From Lophium mytilinum (Eukaryota), in the NCBI GenBank assembly GCA_010093605.1, contig MU004189.1, positions 503,834 to 567,833 on the forward strand: a DNA stretch of 64,000 nt, given 5' to 3'. Shown in pieces: positions 37,900 through 49,546 of the stretch. The translations under genes and the position numbers were made by a program. Numbering within the stretch: the first letter of the stretch is position 1; each line of letters starts with the position of its first letter. Below the pieces are notes generated by a model. That model was given only the letters and a program-made list of their open reading frames with translations. It ran no database searches and was not told the DNA's origin.

Positions 37900-40253
37900 T
37901 ATAGACCACCTCCTATGTTATTTGATACTCGTCATCACCACATCAATTGCTGAAGCCGCACCACCACCACGCCCATGGGACACAAGACACAGTTATGACA
38001 ACCAACCGATCGAGTGGTGTTGTTGTTCCTTTGACCCCCCCTCTCCCACTCCACGTGCGAAGTATTTATATGCGATTTTGAAGACCCCACCTCCTTTTCT
38101 CCCCCCCCATAGCTCCGCGGTCATGCTTTTTTTGCACTCCATCCACCATGAGACTGTAGAGTGTTGCATTCGATCCACCGCCCCATTACGTCGTAATGTT
38201 TTCCATATCTAATCTTCAGCTATCGCATATTGTAGTAGTACCAGTTCTTTTTGACTGACCTCCCCTGCCTCCCCACATTAGGAGCTTGCTTGCGAATTTT
38301 CGATATTCCACTACCATGAGCATCGAATATACTCTGATCGATCCCGCCACGTTCAGTTGGGATCTGGTGGATGTTTGATCCCCATCAGTTGTTAGTGTAA
38401 GATCTTTTGATCCGCCTCCCTTGGCTTTCCAAACGCATCATTTCGCTATTGAGTTTTCGAGACTCCATCAACATGCGCCTTTGGAATGGTCTGTTTGATC
38501 CACCGGCCCATTTTGGCGTGAAGTTTCGCGTTTCTGATCCCCAGACACCACCCATAAGCGATTACCCGAGGAGCTGTTGACCGACCTCCCCTCCACTCCA
38601 CATGCATCACTCCGACTGTCAAGTTTTCGATACTCCACCAGCATACCGCTGTTGACGGGTTTTGTTCGGCCACTGCTCCATTGTCCCGTGATGTAGTGAG
38701 TCTCTGATCCCCAGCCACCACCCATTTTCAGCAGCGCTAAAATTCTTTTGATAGACCTACCCTCCTTCTCCACATATCACATTTCGCTGTCAAGTTTTCG
38801 AGACTTCAACAGCGTGCCGCCGTCGAAGTGCTTTGTCTGATCCACCTCCACATATTGACGTAGTGCTGAAGTTTCGTTTCTGATTCCCAGCCACCACCCA
38901 TCGACTCATGGCAGAGAGCTTTTGACGGACGTCCCCGCCTCTCCACATGTAGGGTATCGAGTTCGTAGTATTCAATCCACCACCCTATTCCTGCTTGACC
39001 ATCTGGTTTCTGATCCCCAACCACCACCACATGAGGGGTTTGCGTCGTGTCTTTCTACCCGCCTCTCCCCCTTCTCCCATGTAGCGGGGGCATTGGGCCT
39101 ATTTCACAAGTCCAGCACCATGTATGGCTTGGTCTCCGATTCTGAACTACTGCCCCATGAGAGAGCCTTTTCTCGATTCTTGATCCCTAGACACAACCCC
39201 TTTAGATGCCATGTCTTACGATGTTTATGACCCGCCCCTCCCCTTCTCCACATGACTTGAAGCATCGGGCGCATTTTGCAAGCCCAGCACCATAGAGGGC
39301 CTGGTCTTCGATTTTGAAGCACCAGTCCATGCCGTTGTTCCTTCCAGGTTCTGAAACCACCACATATTGACGTGTGCTTCGAACTTTTCGATTCACCTCG
39401 TCCCCTTTCTCCTCGTGCATCGAAACATCGGGCGAATTTTACAACCCCAACACCATCAGACCAATGATGATCGTTTTTTAACCACCAGCCCGTAGCAGAC
39501 TGCTGGTGTAGGTTTTTGATGCACAAACACCACACCATGAGATCTCTCATTCGAAGATTTTGATCCTCCCCTCCCCCTTTCACATGGGCTGGACCGTGTG
39601 GTTGTTTTTGTAAGCCCAGCACCATTCGAAGCACTAAATCTGCTCTTTTGAACCACCAGCCCCATGAATAGAGTGTGTCCAAGTTTTGAATACCCAGGCA
39701 CCCACCCCATGGAGTCTGTTTTGGATCTCGTTTTGATCCACCACTCTCCCTTCTCCCATTCTTCATAGTGATCGAGCGGATTTTACAAGCCCAGCACCCA
39801 TCAAAATAATACTGACGCGATGTTTTTGAACCACCAGCCCGTAACAGGCTGATGTGTAGGGTTTTGATCCACAAATACCACCCCATGAGACTCCTCCCGA
39901 AATTCCTGTTCTAATCCACCACCTCCCTCCCCACATTCCTATGTATGTTCGGAAGTTTTTGGGAGCCCACCACCATTGCTCCACGGCTGTTTCAATTCCG
40001 ATCCTCCGCCCCATCGACCATCCCATCTCGCATTTTTGATCGATGCTTTCGATCCCACCCCTCCCCTCCCACATATTGTGTTTTGTGCACCAGTTTTGCA
40101 AGCCCAGCACCATGGGGCTAAGGATGGTGAATTGTCGATCCACCGGCCCATGCCAGTAGGTGATTTGTTTTTTCGATCCCCAAACACCCACCCCATGAGA
40201 TTGTGATAGTGCCGAATTTTTGATCCACACTTCTCTCTCCCCTCCCTTCCCAT
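37900..40253. repeat. Interspaced higher-order array: four conserved block types (TTTTGA...CCAT) with variable ~18-21 nt spacers, ~170 bp unit, ~13 units
   Basis: Identical TTTTGCAAGCCCAGCACCAT at 39274 and 40094. TTTTGAACCACCAGCCC at 39646 and 39824. TCTGATCCCCAG(A/C)CACCACCCAT at 38533 and 38703. AGTTTTCGA at 38452, 38622 and 38793. Confidence 0.9.
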
Positions 40254-40319
40254 GAAAAAAAGAAAAGCAGGAACGAGGGCGGCAGGAGAGATTCTTATAC
40301 CGGACCTACCCCTCTGTTG

Positions 40320-40510
40320 CCAAGCCGCACGTGAGACATAGGAGAGACGTGGCCGGTAACACGGCATCAGCTACGGTGGTGGAACCACGTGGGAGGTGTG
40401 TGGTACGACAGAAGCGGTGTGCGAGATGACGTAGCGGCACCGGGTAATCAGAGAGCGGGGTGGAGTGGAGTATGATATCTTACGCACGCTGATAACTGAC
40501 GTGGCTCACT
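40320..40510. promoter_or_regulatory. Cluster of ACGT-core (E-box/CRE-like) motifs next to the array
   Basis: CACGTG at 40328 and 40386, GACGTGG at 40346, TGACGT at 40427 and 40497. Function is inferred. Confidence 0.4.
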
Positions 40511-41419
40511 TCAACCTTGTGCCTGAAGGGGATTTCAGATAGCCACGACCAATAGACGCACCTACAATTTCCAGTACCGCATCCAAAAGCTATAGTAAAT
40601 GGAAAATTGAGGGGTAGTAAGGAAGGCGAATGTGGGATGATGACAGATTATGAAGTTTGAAGTTATTTGATTTGATATGATGGCGTTGAATATCTACTCG
40701 AAGCAAGTTTCGTACAAGCCCTACGAAGAGTGAGTCGCGTGGCTATTAAGCACAAGAACATCTCTGCTCTCTTCTTCTCCTCCTTCCCCCCCAGCCAATC
40801 TGTCACTGAATGTCCAGAAGTGGCAACTGACTATCGAACAAGACACAAAAGGAAGAAGTATGACCGCCCCGGCTGCCAACGGTCCGCCCCAATAGGAGCA
40901 GAACCCAACAACCAGCGGCAGGAAAAGTATAAACAACGAAGAAGTAAGATGTCGAAAGACTTTTTTGACACAAATGCGTCTAATCCAGCAAGTTATAAAA
41001 AAAAAAATGAATGAAGATGTGCGGCTCTCGCCCCCAAAAAGGCCGGCCGGTAAAAACAGGGTTGTCGAGAAATGGTAAAACCGTGGGTCGTATTTCATCG
41101 TTAAGGTAAGGTGGTTGGTGGGTCCAGTCCAGAATCCCCGCCACGTGGGAAAGCGTAGTATAGGTGCACCAACCCGCCCGCCGTCTCCGCTACCCGCTAA
41201 AGACGACGGATTCCGTGGTTCGCCCCCGCGCCGATAGAATGGTAGTGGGCGGCGTAGTGCAGGTAAATGTAGTTCCGTGGTCGTAACGCGTCCAGCAGGC
41301 CCATTAGCGCTGGAGCCGCAATCGCCCTGCCTCCTTCCTCTGTCGCTCTCTTCCTCTCTCTCGTCGTCCCGCCCCGGGCCTCAGACTCGCTCTTCGCTGA
41401 GGGTGGAGTGGTGGTTCCA

Positions 41420-41792
41420 TCACCGCACTGCTCTACCTGTGCCCATGCGTGATAGCTCTTTGATGCCGACCATCGGGCTCTTGCTCATCCGCCGACTCGC
41501 GCGGCTCGCGGTCGAGTTGTTGGTCGAGCTCGACTTTGAGCTCGTGGGGCTCGAGGCGTAGATGTACTCGCCGTCGACGTACTGGGCTTCGCTGATGAAG
41601 GTGGTGCGCTTCTCGCGGCGGGTGTAGCGCTGCTCGAGGCGGTAGAGCTCGAGTTCTGTTCGAGATGGGTCAGCGTGAAGATTTTCAGGGAGGCAAGGAA
41701 TGCGTGATCAAGTCGAGGGGGGTGGGTAGTGTGATTCGAGTAATTGAGGAGAGGGGAGGCGTACTGGCTTGTAGCTTCTCGAATAGACCCAT
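41420..41792 (-). CDS. Small 87-aa basic protein of unknown function (two exons, absent from the ORF track)
   Basis: Exon 41792-41765, intron GTACGC...CTGAC...ACAG at 41764-41656, exon 41655-41420. Gives MGLFEKLQAKLELYRLEQRYTRREKRTTFISEAQYVDGEYIY...; strong C-ending codon bias. Confidence 0.8.
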
Positions 41793-42639
41793 AATGGAGT
41801 TGTGTTAAGTGTCGAGGACGTGATGGAGGGTCAGAGGTCGTCGGGATATGCTGCTGACAGATTGACAGGCGATAAGATTGTTAATCTCGAGAGAGGTGTT
41901 TGCTTTTCCGAGGGGGCAGAACAAATGAATGGTGCAGTCGGGGTCGCAATTGGCGTTTCGTCGGTGAGTCTAGGAAGCTCTTGGCCGCAAATGAGGGTGC
42001 TCGGGGTAGACTGCAGGATAAAGAGCGCAATGGGTGAGAAAGTGTCGAGCAGAAGGCGGGTTGGACGGCTGGCGTGGAGGTCGCGAGGGCGCTCATAGGG
42101 GCCCCGGCGGCGGGCTTCTTAGCGGAATAGCACGCTTCTGGAAGGCCAAAGCTGGTGCCGACAGCCCATCCTGCAGCAAACGAGTCGCCGTTCCGCCAGG
42201 GGTTCATGCAGCAAACACGTCGATGCCGCCACTGGACCGGTCCAGCTCTTGCGCCTTGCATCTTGGGCCTGGCTTGTTCGGCATCTCCTGCCGCGCACTC
42301 TTCATGCCGTGGCCACTGTCACCCTTCACGGCCTCTTGTTCCTGCGCAGTATCGAGCAGTCAGCAGCAGCCGGGCCTGCCACGCCCTGAATCTCGGGCGG
42401 GACCCGAAGCAAGCGTCCCGCAACGTGGACTTGAGCTTAACGAGTCAGGCCCGGCATCCCGGGGGTTGGTTTGGCTAGCTCTTCGAGGCCTGTTCGCCGC
42501 GTGAGTTTGCGCCATCACGAACTCCATGCGAGCCCTGGTCGACGATAGCTACCCACTCTCCACACTGCCGTCGCCCTGGGACCACCTTATCGCCCTGACA
42601 CACGCCTATCACTGCCCACTGCATCGACGGACAGGAGCC

Positions 42640-42805
42640 GGGGAACCGCCCGCAGGGTGTATGGAACCAACGACGACTTGGTGAACCTCTATTCTCGTAT
42701 GCTAGGTATATGGAAACCCAACCGGGGAACGCCTACAGAGTGCATGGAACCAACGACGACTTCGTGAACCTCTATTTTCGTATGCTAGGTATCTAGGGAA
42801 CCCGA
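42640..42805. repeat. Two-copy ~83-bp tandem duplication downstream of TPS2
   Basis: atggaaccaacgacgactt(g/c)gtgaacctctatt(c/t)tcgtatgctaggtat at 42661 and 42744. Confidence 0.9.
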
Positions 42806-42885
42806 GTCCATCCGCTTGTATGACTATGCATGCCGTGTATCATCGAACACCGCGCAAACGATAGATGCCGCCCTCACGCCGCTTT

Positions 42886-45800
42886 TCATAGTCGCGACTC
42901 CGGCACAGTTCCTTCAACTACGGCCACAGCGCCTACATTGCCCGCGTCAGCAGAGCCATTGAGCAGCGAAATGACAGAAATGACATCGGACGGCTCGAGG
43001 AGGTGCCAGCTGGCGAGCGTCTGCTTGGAGCTGGCGCCCACTGTCACCGAGAAGACGTGATCTGTAGGCAGCTTGGAATGCCGTAGCGAGCGGAACATAT
43101 CTGCCCTTGTTAGCATTCCTGATTTGCACAAGAGGACTACATCTCAATGCTCACCTTCGTCCGTGAAGTCGTCACCAAGACAGAGCACAAACTCTGGAGC
43201 CTGTCCGGGCTGGTCGCCATATGACTCAACCAATCTCTTCGCAATCTCGCCCTTGTTGACGAACCGCGGCCGCACTTCGAGGTTGGCCTTGCCCTCCATC
43301 ACTTCAACGTCGAACTTCTTGGCGACCGTGCTGTTGAGGAGCTTCTGGCATTCGCGTGCCTGGTACACTCCATACTCGGGGTCTGCTCGACGATAGTGCC
43401 AAGTGAGCGCAATCTTCTTCCGTTCGATGAAGGATCCTGGCTTGTTAGACAGCGCACATATCAATTAGACAATGGTCATACCTTGAGTCCGCTCCGTGTA
43501 GTGCTGGAAGACACTCATCACCTCCGACTGCCAGCTCATATCTTCTTTCTCCGTAAGATTCGCCCATTCCTCGCTTCTTGGATACCGCATGAAGCTCCCA
43601 TGCTCGGCACTGAAGCCAAGCTCTGAGATATGACCCATCCACTCGTCCAAGAACGCCTGGTCTCGCCCACTAATAATCCACACCGCATTCGCCGGATCCG
43701 AAGCAAGTGTCTTGAGCGTACGAAGCACGCGGTCTGATGGAATTGCCGCCTGCGGGTCTTTGACAATCGGAGTGAGAGTGCCATCGTAGTCGAACATGAA
43801 TACTCGCTTCTTTGCTTGCCGGTATTGGTACAGCAGCTTGGCCCGGTCCAGCGCTGGTGTCGCGAAAGACTGGTCGAATGAAGACAAGTTTGTCATAAGC
43901 CGCTTCAGGAAGTTGTTGGTCCAGTTCTGTACGTTGTTTGTGACAACGTGCTTGTAAAGTTTTTCTTGATGGTCCTTCCGAACGTCCATGGGCATCGTAA
44001 GAGCTTCGTTGATTGCCTCGGCCACTCCACCTAAATCCCAAGGGTTGATATGAATAGCATTCCCCAGGCTGCCAGCCGTGCCCGAAAACTCAGAGAGGAT
44101 CAATGGACCGTTATTTGCTTTTTGGCAGATGACGTATTCCAGACTGGTAGTGTTCATCCCGTCTCTAACACTGGTAATAAGACCCACATCTGCGACTCGG
44201 AGTAGCGCGAAGTACTCCTCCCGCGACAGATATTGGGGGAAGTGCTGAACCGGTGCGAAACTCAGCGAGCCATAAGTACCATTGATCCTGGCCACCAGGT
44301 CTGCGATTTTGTTGACGAATCTGTTGTCCGCATCCTCTTGATCCTCTTGGAGATGGCTAGGGCTTGTGACCTGGATCAACACGACCTTGTCGTGCCACTC
44401 TGGATATCTCTCGAGGAACATCTCAAATGCTTGGAGCTTTTGTGCAACACCTCTGACCGAATCAAGGCGATCCCGCCCCACTATGATCTTCTTTCCCGCA
44501 TAGAGCTCGCGGATCCCTTTGATCTTTTCCTCAATGAGTGGATCTCCAAAGGCCTGTCGCTGAGTAGAAGCCGCCGCGATTCCAATGGGGAAAACGTCTA
44601 CAGCAACATGAGCACCGTATGCATCAACGCCTGCCGACGATGAATCAAACCCGAGAATTCTTGTACAGCATGAAGAAAAGTGACGAGAGTAGCTGTATGA
44701 CTGGAAACCAATCATGTTTGCACCGAGAACACCTTCTAAGATCTCCTTTCTTCGGCTGAGGCAACGGTAGAACTCGCTACTCGGAAATGGTACATGAAGG
44801 AAGAACCCAATGTACACACTGGGAAGGCGCTGGCGGAGGAGACTGGGCAAAAGTAGTAGGTAATAGTCATGAATGACTATGATGTCTCCTGGCTTGTAGA
44901 TTTCCAGGATCCTATCCGCGAAGAGCTTGTTCATGCGGTAGTAGTCTGCCCAATATCGCCGTACAGCTCGGCCATCCGAAGGCTCGTTCTGTTTGTAGTG
45001 GAAAAGCGTGTAGAGCTCATGCTCTGCGTAACGACGCCACTTGGACTGGTCTTTGATGATGGCCACATCTTGGTCTGCGTCAATTCCATCTGTCAGCCAC
45101 ACTGGAACGATTCTGCCTCCATGGTCACGCTCTAGTTGTCGCTCCAAGCGTTTCCGGTCTTCACGGCCGACTCTCAGTCCCTCATACGCTGCGGGCTGTG
45201 GCGGTTTGGAAGAGCCGTCGACGGGAATTGGAGCAGATGCTTTATTCGTTTGCGTAGCGACTGGGGGAGGATTTGTGGATGAAGATGTTGCTGGTCGCGC
45301 TCCTGCACGTTCTTCGATTTCTCCAGTCCACCCTACCATTGTGTGGTTCCATGGCGATGAAGATGAAGCCAGATAGGATAGCGAGTCGAACAACGCCGAG
45401 GTCCCTCGCCTTGCTTTCAGTTCCTATTACCAGTTAGCCCACTCTCGAAACGAGTAGCGGCGTTCGCTGAGCGATCTCAGAAGACTGTTACAACTATGCC
45501 GTCGTTGATGGCAGTCAGATGTTTCCGCCCACACCATTTTTTCTTCAACTTACCCAGTCATGGCCCGGAGAGTATCCAATTTGATATGGCACACAGAAAG
45601 TTGCGGAGATGACCCCTCCACTGAGATTCAAGCCAGGGTGAGCAGCCCTGGGATCTACATCTGCGAGGTCGGGCTTCCCAACTGTATCTCCAATGAGGCT
45701 GAGCCGGCGCAACAGATCCTCTCCACTCCTAGCTCCAGCCGCCGCTTCGGTCGGAGAATCGGGTCTAGGTCCATCTTTGGGGGCGAAATAGGAATTTGCA

Positions 45801-46033
45801 TTCCATCGTGGGCCTGGCGTGGCGTTCTCATCAAAAGGAAGCTGGGTGCTTTCACCGGCTTGGCCTGGTTCGATGTATGCAGAGTGTCCGGCGAGATGAA
45901 CACCAGGAGTGACGGGGACCGATGTTATGGATGGGTGCAGTGCAGGATGGGCATCTTCCTGTTCCTCGTCGACTGCGGAGGATGGACGTGGGGAGGTAGA
46001 CATTGCTACGCTCTCTTTGGTGTCGTTCTGCAT
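42886..46033 (-). CDS. TPS2: Trehalose-6-phosphate phosphatase (GT20 plus HAD domains)
   Basis: IHDYYLLLLP, GFFLHVPFPSSE, RDGMNTTSLEY, HAD motif FDYDGTLTP, ISGRD and GDDFTDED. Four exons; last exon 43100-42886. Confidence 0.93.
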
Positions 46034-47048
46034 TTTGAGCCGTCAGTCAGGTGGAGCCAAGGGTGAAAAACACAACAAGAATGACACGGAGAAAATAGCA
46101 TAGGAAATCAGCTAGCCAGGTCATCAGGTCATTGCGTTGTGCACGCTCACCTGGCAATCACTGCGTGAAGCACCAGGTGGCTGGCTCTCTCCACGCAACG
46201 ACCACGGCTCAGATCGCGGCAGTGACGTGCTGCTATGGGGAACAGAAGCTCACCTTCTTGAAGAGTATATATCACATGTAAAAGGGTATGTCTCGAGTCG
46301 TACCTGGCAGCTGGGAGTTGAGGGCAATGCGGGATTGCGGGCAGTTGACGCCGAGCTATGGCATGTTCGGGGGAGAGGAACAATGGCAGATAGGCAAAGA
46401 GCTAGGAATTGGTGCCAGCGCGTCCAATGTCGTTGCAAGATGTACTGGAGGCTCTAGTCAAGATATACTATCGGGTCAGGAGAAAGCAGAGGTGCAGGTG
46501 GGAAGCTTGCTGCATCTAATGATTACTACGAATCGAGGTTTGAAGGCCTGGCCGCCCCGCCTGCGTCATTTCGCGGCAATGCCATTTTGTTTCCTGTGCC
46601 TGGGTTTGCCCAACCACATGACACCGATTTATTCCGCGTGATAACAACGAGCAGATAGATATTTTATTCACCATCTAGGGATCTACTCCGCTATCGGGCG
46701 GGTTGATGTGGAGATGGCTTGGCCGGGTGTTTGCACTCCAGCATCTCCAAACGTCTTCATGATTCAATTGACTGCTAGAAGGCGCCTAGGAATTGGAAAG
46801 GTTGGATCGATTTGGCAATCTGGCAATAGATGCTGTTACAGTCAAAGCTATAAGACCTGGTTATTACAAATTGCTACTTACCAGATCTCTCTGACGAGCA
46901 CGGTGGAGAGCTGTAGAGAAAAGAATATGACGCTAGGCCAGAACGAGGCCAATCGTACCGTAAATTAAATCTCCAGAATCTCGCGAGGACTTCGAGCTTT
47001 CGCGCTCAGTTGTCCAGCATTATTCACACTCCGTGCTCCGCGCCGCCA

Positions 47049-49546
47049 ATGCATAGAGCTCGCCACACAGCGGTTTGCACTGCCCAGAATGCCTTCAAGC
47101 CTTCAATTGTCCTCTGGCAGCAGTTCGTTGCTGCTGGAACCCCTAACCAGCTTCAGCGTTTCTCCTCCACCATAGCTACACACGACCCCGAACAGCCTCT
47201 ACCTCAACCGCCATCGCACGAAACATCCGAAGAGCCTTCCTCGCCAGTCATCTCCGACCAAGCCGATCAGTCTCCAGCAGAGTTGCCGCCGAAGAAACAC
47301 GCCTATCCTCGAGAGAGCATTGCTGCTGCCAACGAGCGCCAAATCGACGACATAGACCCTCATGACCTGTCCGCCACGCTTGAAGCGCATCGCGCCTCGA
47401 ATCGGGCATCCCTTCTCCGCGGTGTCCAGAGCAGTCAGCGTGGAACGTATTTCAAACAAACCAAAGTACGGTCGCCGCTGAGTTTGGTTGTCAATGTTGA
47501 GAAAGAGCCTGGAGAAATGCCTCTGATACGGCACGTGGTACCGGAAAAGCCTAGGATCCCCACCGTCGTAAGCCTTCAAGGCATTGCACTTAAGAGACAA
47601 TACCCTAGACCGCCTGTGACTGAAGACGATCCCATTACCTTTCCTCGCCAAACAGTTTTTCGAGCGGCGGCGGCGCCAATGTCCAGGCAGGTCAAGAAAC
47701 CTAAGAAAGCTGTCACCGAGTCCCAAAACGATCAAAATCTCGACGATGGGCCCCCAATCGATCTGATGCTAAGACAAGACGGGTCCAAGGCGAAACTGAA
47801 GGAGCTCAAGAGTAAATCCAGGAAGGAGTCGACGCCGAAGAAATGGCCAACCATAGCAACCTTCAAACAAGGCCAACAGCTTCTGGAATATAAAGGGGAA
47901 AATGTTGTACCACTTACTGACCTGGTTGTCCCTGAGAACGAACTTCCTTGGACTGTCAAGGAGGGGTTACAGTCGATGACGGGGGCTGAGAGGTCAGCTA
48001 TACCCACGGAAACCTTGTGGAAGCCACGCTAACTTCCTGAATTAGACTTTCGGAGGAAATATCAAGGTTTAATTCGTACATGATGCCAACACCGAACGAG
48101 CACATCGCGCGGCAAGCCGTGATTAAGGAGCTTTCTGATCTAGTCAAGCAGACTTTTCCCAAGCATACAGTGAGCGTGTTTGGATCCGAGTGGAACGGGT
48201 TGGCATTAGCCACATCAGACATCGACCTTCGACTCTCAGTGCCTACATTGGTCGGCTCAAAACTAGAAAAAGCACCACGTTACGTTATACGGAAAACCCT
48301 GCTGAAGGACCTTACTGAATTTCACTTGGTCATGCAGAAAGCGGGCATGTACATGCTCTGCTCAATTAGGCATGCCCGTTATCCCCTCATCACCGTACAA
48401 CACATCAAGTCGCGGCTAGATCTTCAAGTGGTGGGATCAAACGACACTTCAGTATCCCGGGCGTACATCCTCAAATACCTAGCAGAGTATCCCGGCCTGA
48501 AGGAACTCGTTGCTGTTCTGAAGGTGCTATTCGACATTCGAGGCCTCTCCGACGTTTTCAGGGGCGGCCTGGGCTCCTACAGCGTCTTCATGATGGCTGT
48601 TGCCAGCATCAAATTAAATCCAGAGATCCCCATCCCCGATCTCGGGCAGCGCCTCCTCTCGTTCTTAAATTTCTGGGCCAAGTTCGATACGTACTCCCTC
48701 GGAGTCTCTATCGAGCCAGCCGAGGTATTCCCTAAGAGGTCCAAAACTTTCATCACCGTTAAGCAGAAGAAGAACCTGGATGAGGTAAATATGACCACTT
48801 TCGCGTTCTAGTCACGATTGATTGACATCCTCTAGAAGGGTCTATATAGAGAGAAAATGGGCCAGATCGACCCCGCCCAACCATATCTCCTGTGCTTGCA
48901 AGACCCCGCCGATGCCACAAACGACGTCGGCAAGAAGGGCTTCGCCATCAAGCACATCCAAGCCACGTTCGCGCACTTGGAGAAAGAGCTCAGGCAATCT
49001 ATGCAGGAGAACACCAGACCGTCGCTACTGGCTCCTCTTGTGGGTCCTGCCTACATCCTGAACAGAGAACGACGTGCTGTCATGGAGGAGTACGGAGCGT
49101 CGGTCGGCCCACTACCGGAGCTGGCAGTTGAGGAGACGCAGCAGGCGCCACCGGCGGAGATGACGATCGAGGAGTTTAGGGAAGAGTTCCCGCTTCCCAA
49201 CAGCCCTCCTGTGCAACTTTCTCTGGACGAGGTGGTCGGGATTGTGAGGGAGTTCAAGGATGAGCCGGAGGAAGTTGGAGTAGCTTCTCAGGATGCGACA
49301 GAGGAGATTGTGCAAGAGGGTCAAGATGTGGTAGAAGTGATCGAGAAAGAGGCTTCAGACGCGGCGGAGCAGGTCGAGCCAGGTGCTCAGGATGCGAATG
49401 AGCTGATTGCGGAAAAAAACCAGGAAGTGGTAGAGCAGGAAGCTGAGAGTGCTTCCGAAGTGATCGAGCAAGCTGAAGAGATCACACCGAAAGAGGAAGA
49501 TGTAGGAGAGAAACAGGGCGAAGCTTCTCAGGACAAGACGGCATAG
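47049..49546 (+). CDS. Non-canonical poly(A) polymerase / Trf4-Cid-like nucleotidyltransferase with presequence-like N-terminus
   Basis: FGSEWNGLALATSDIDL, GGLGSYS and LCLQDPADATNDVG. Introns 47993-48045 and 48785-48835; acidic tail. Confidence 0.82.

Noticed and set aside
37900..40253. Calling the array a CRISPR
   Set aside because: The context is eukaryotic with no cas genes, there are four degenerate non-palindromic block types, and the spacers are short and partly homologous to each other.
39104..40367. Minus-strand ORFs of 260, 155 and 142 aa over the array
   Set aside because: They are overlapping W/G-rich translations of the repeat in several frames, unit lengths do not preserve frame, and no domain is recognisable.
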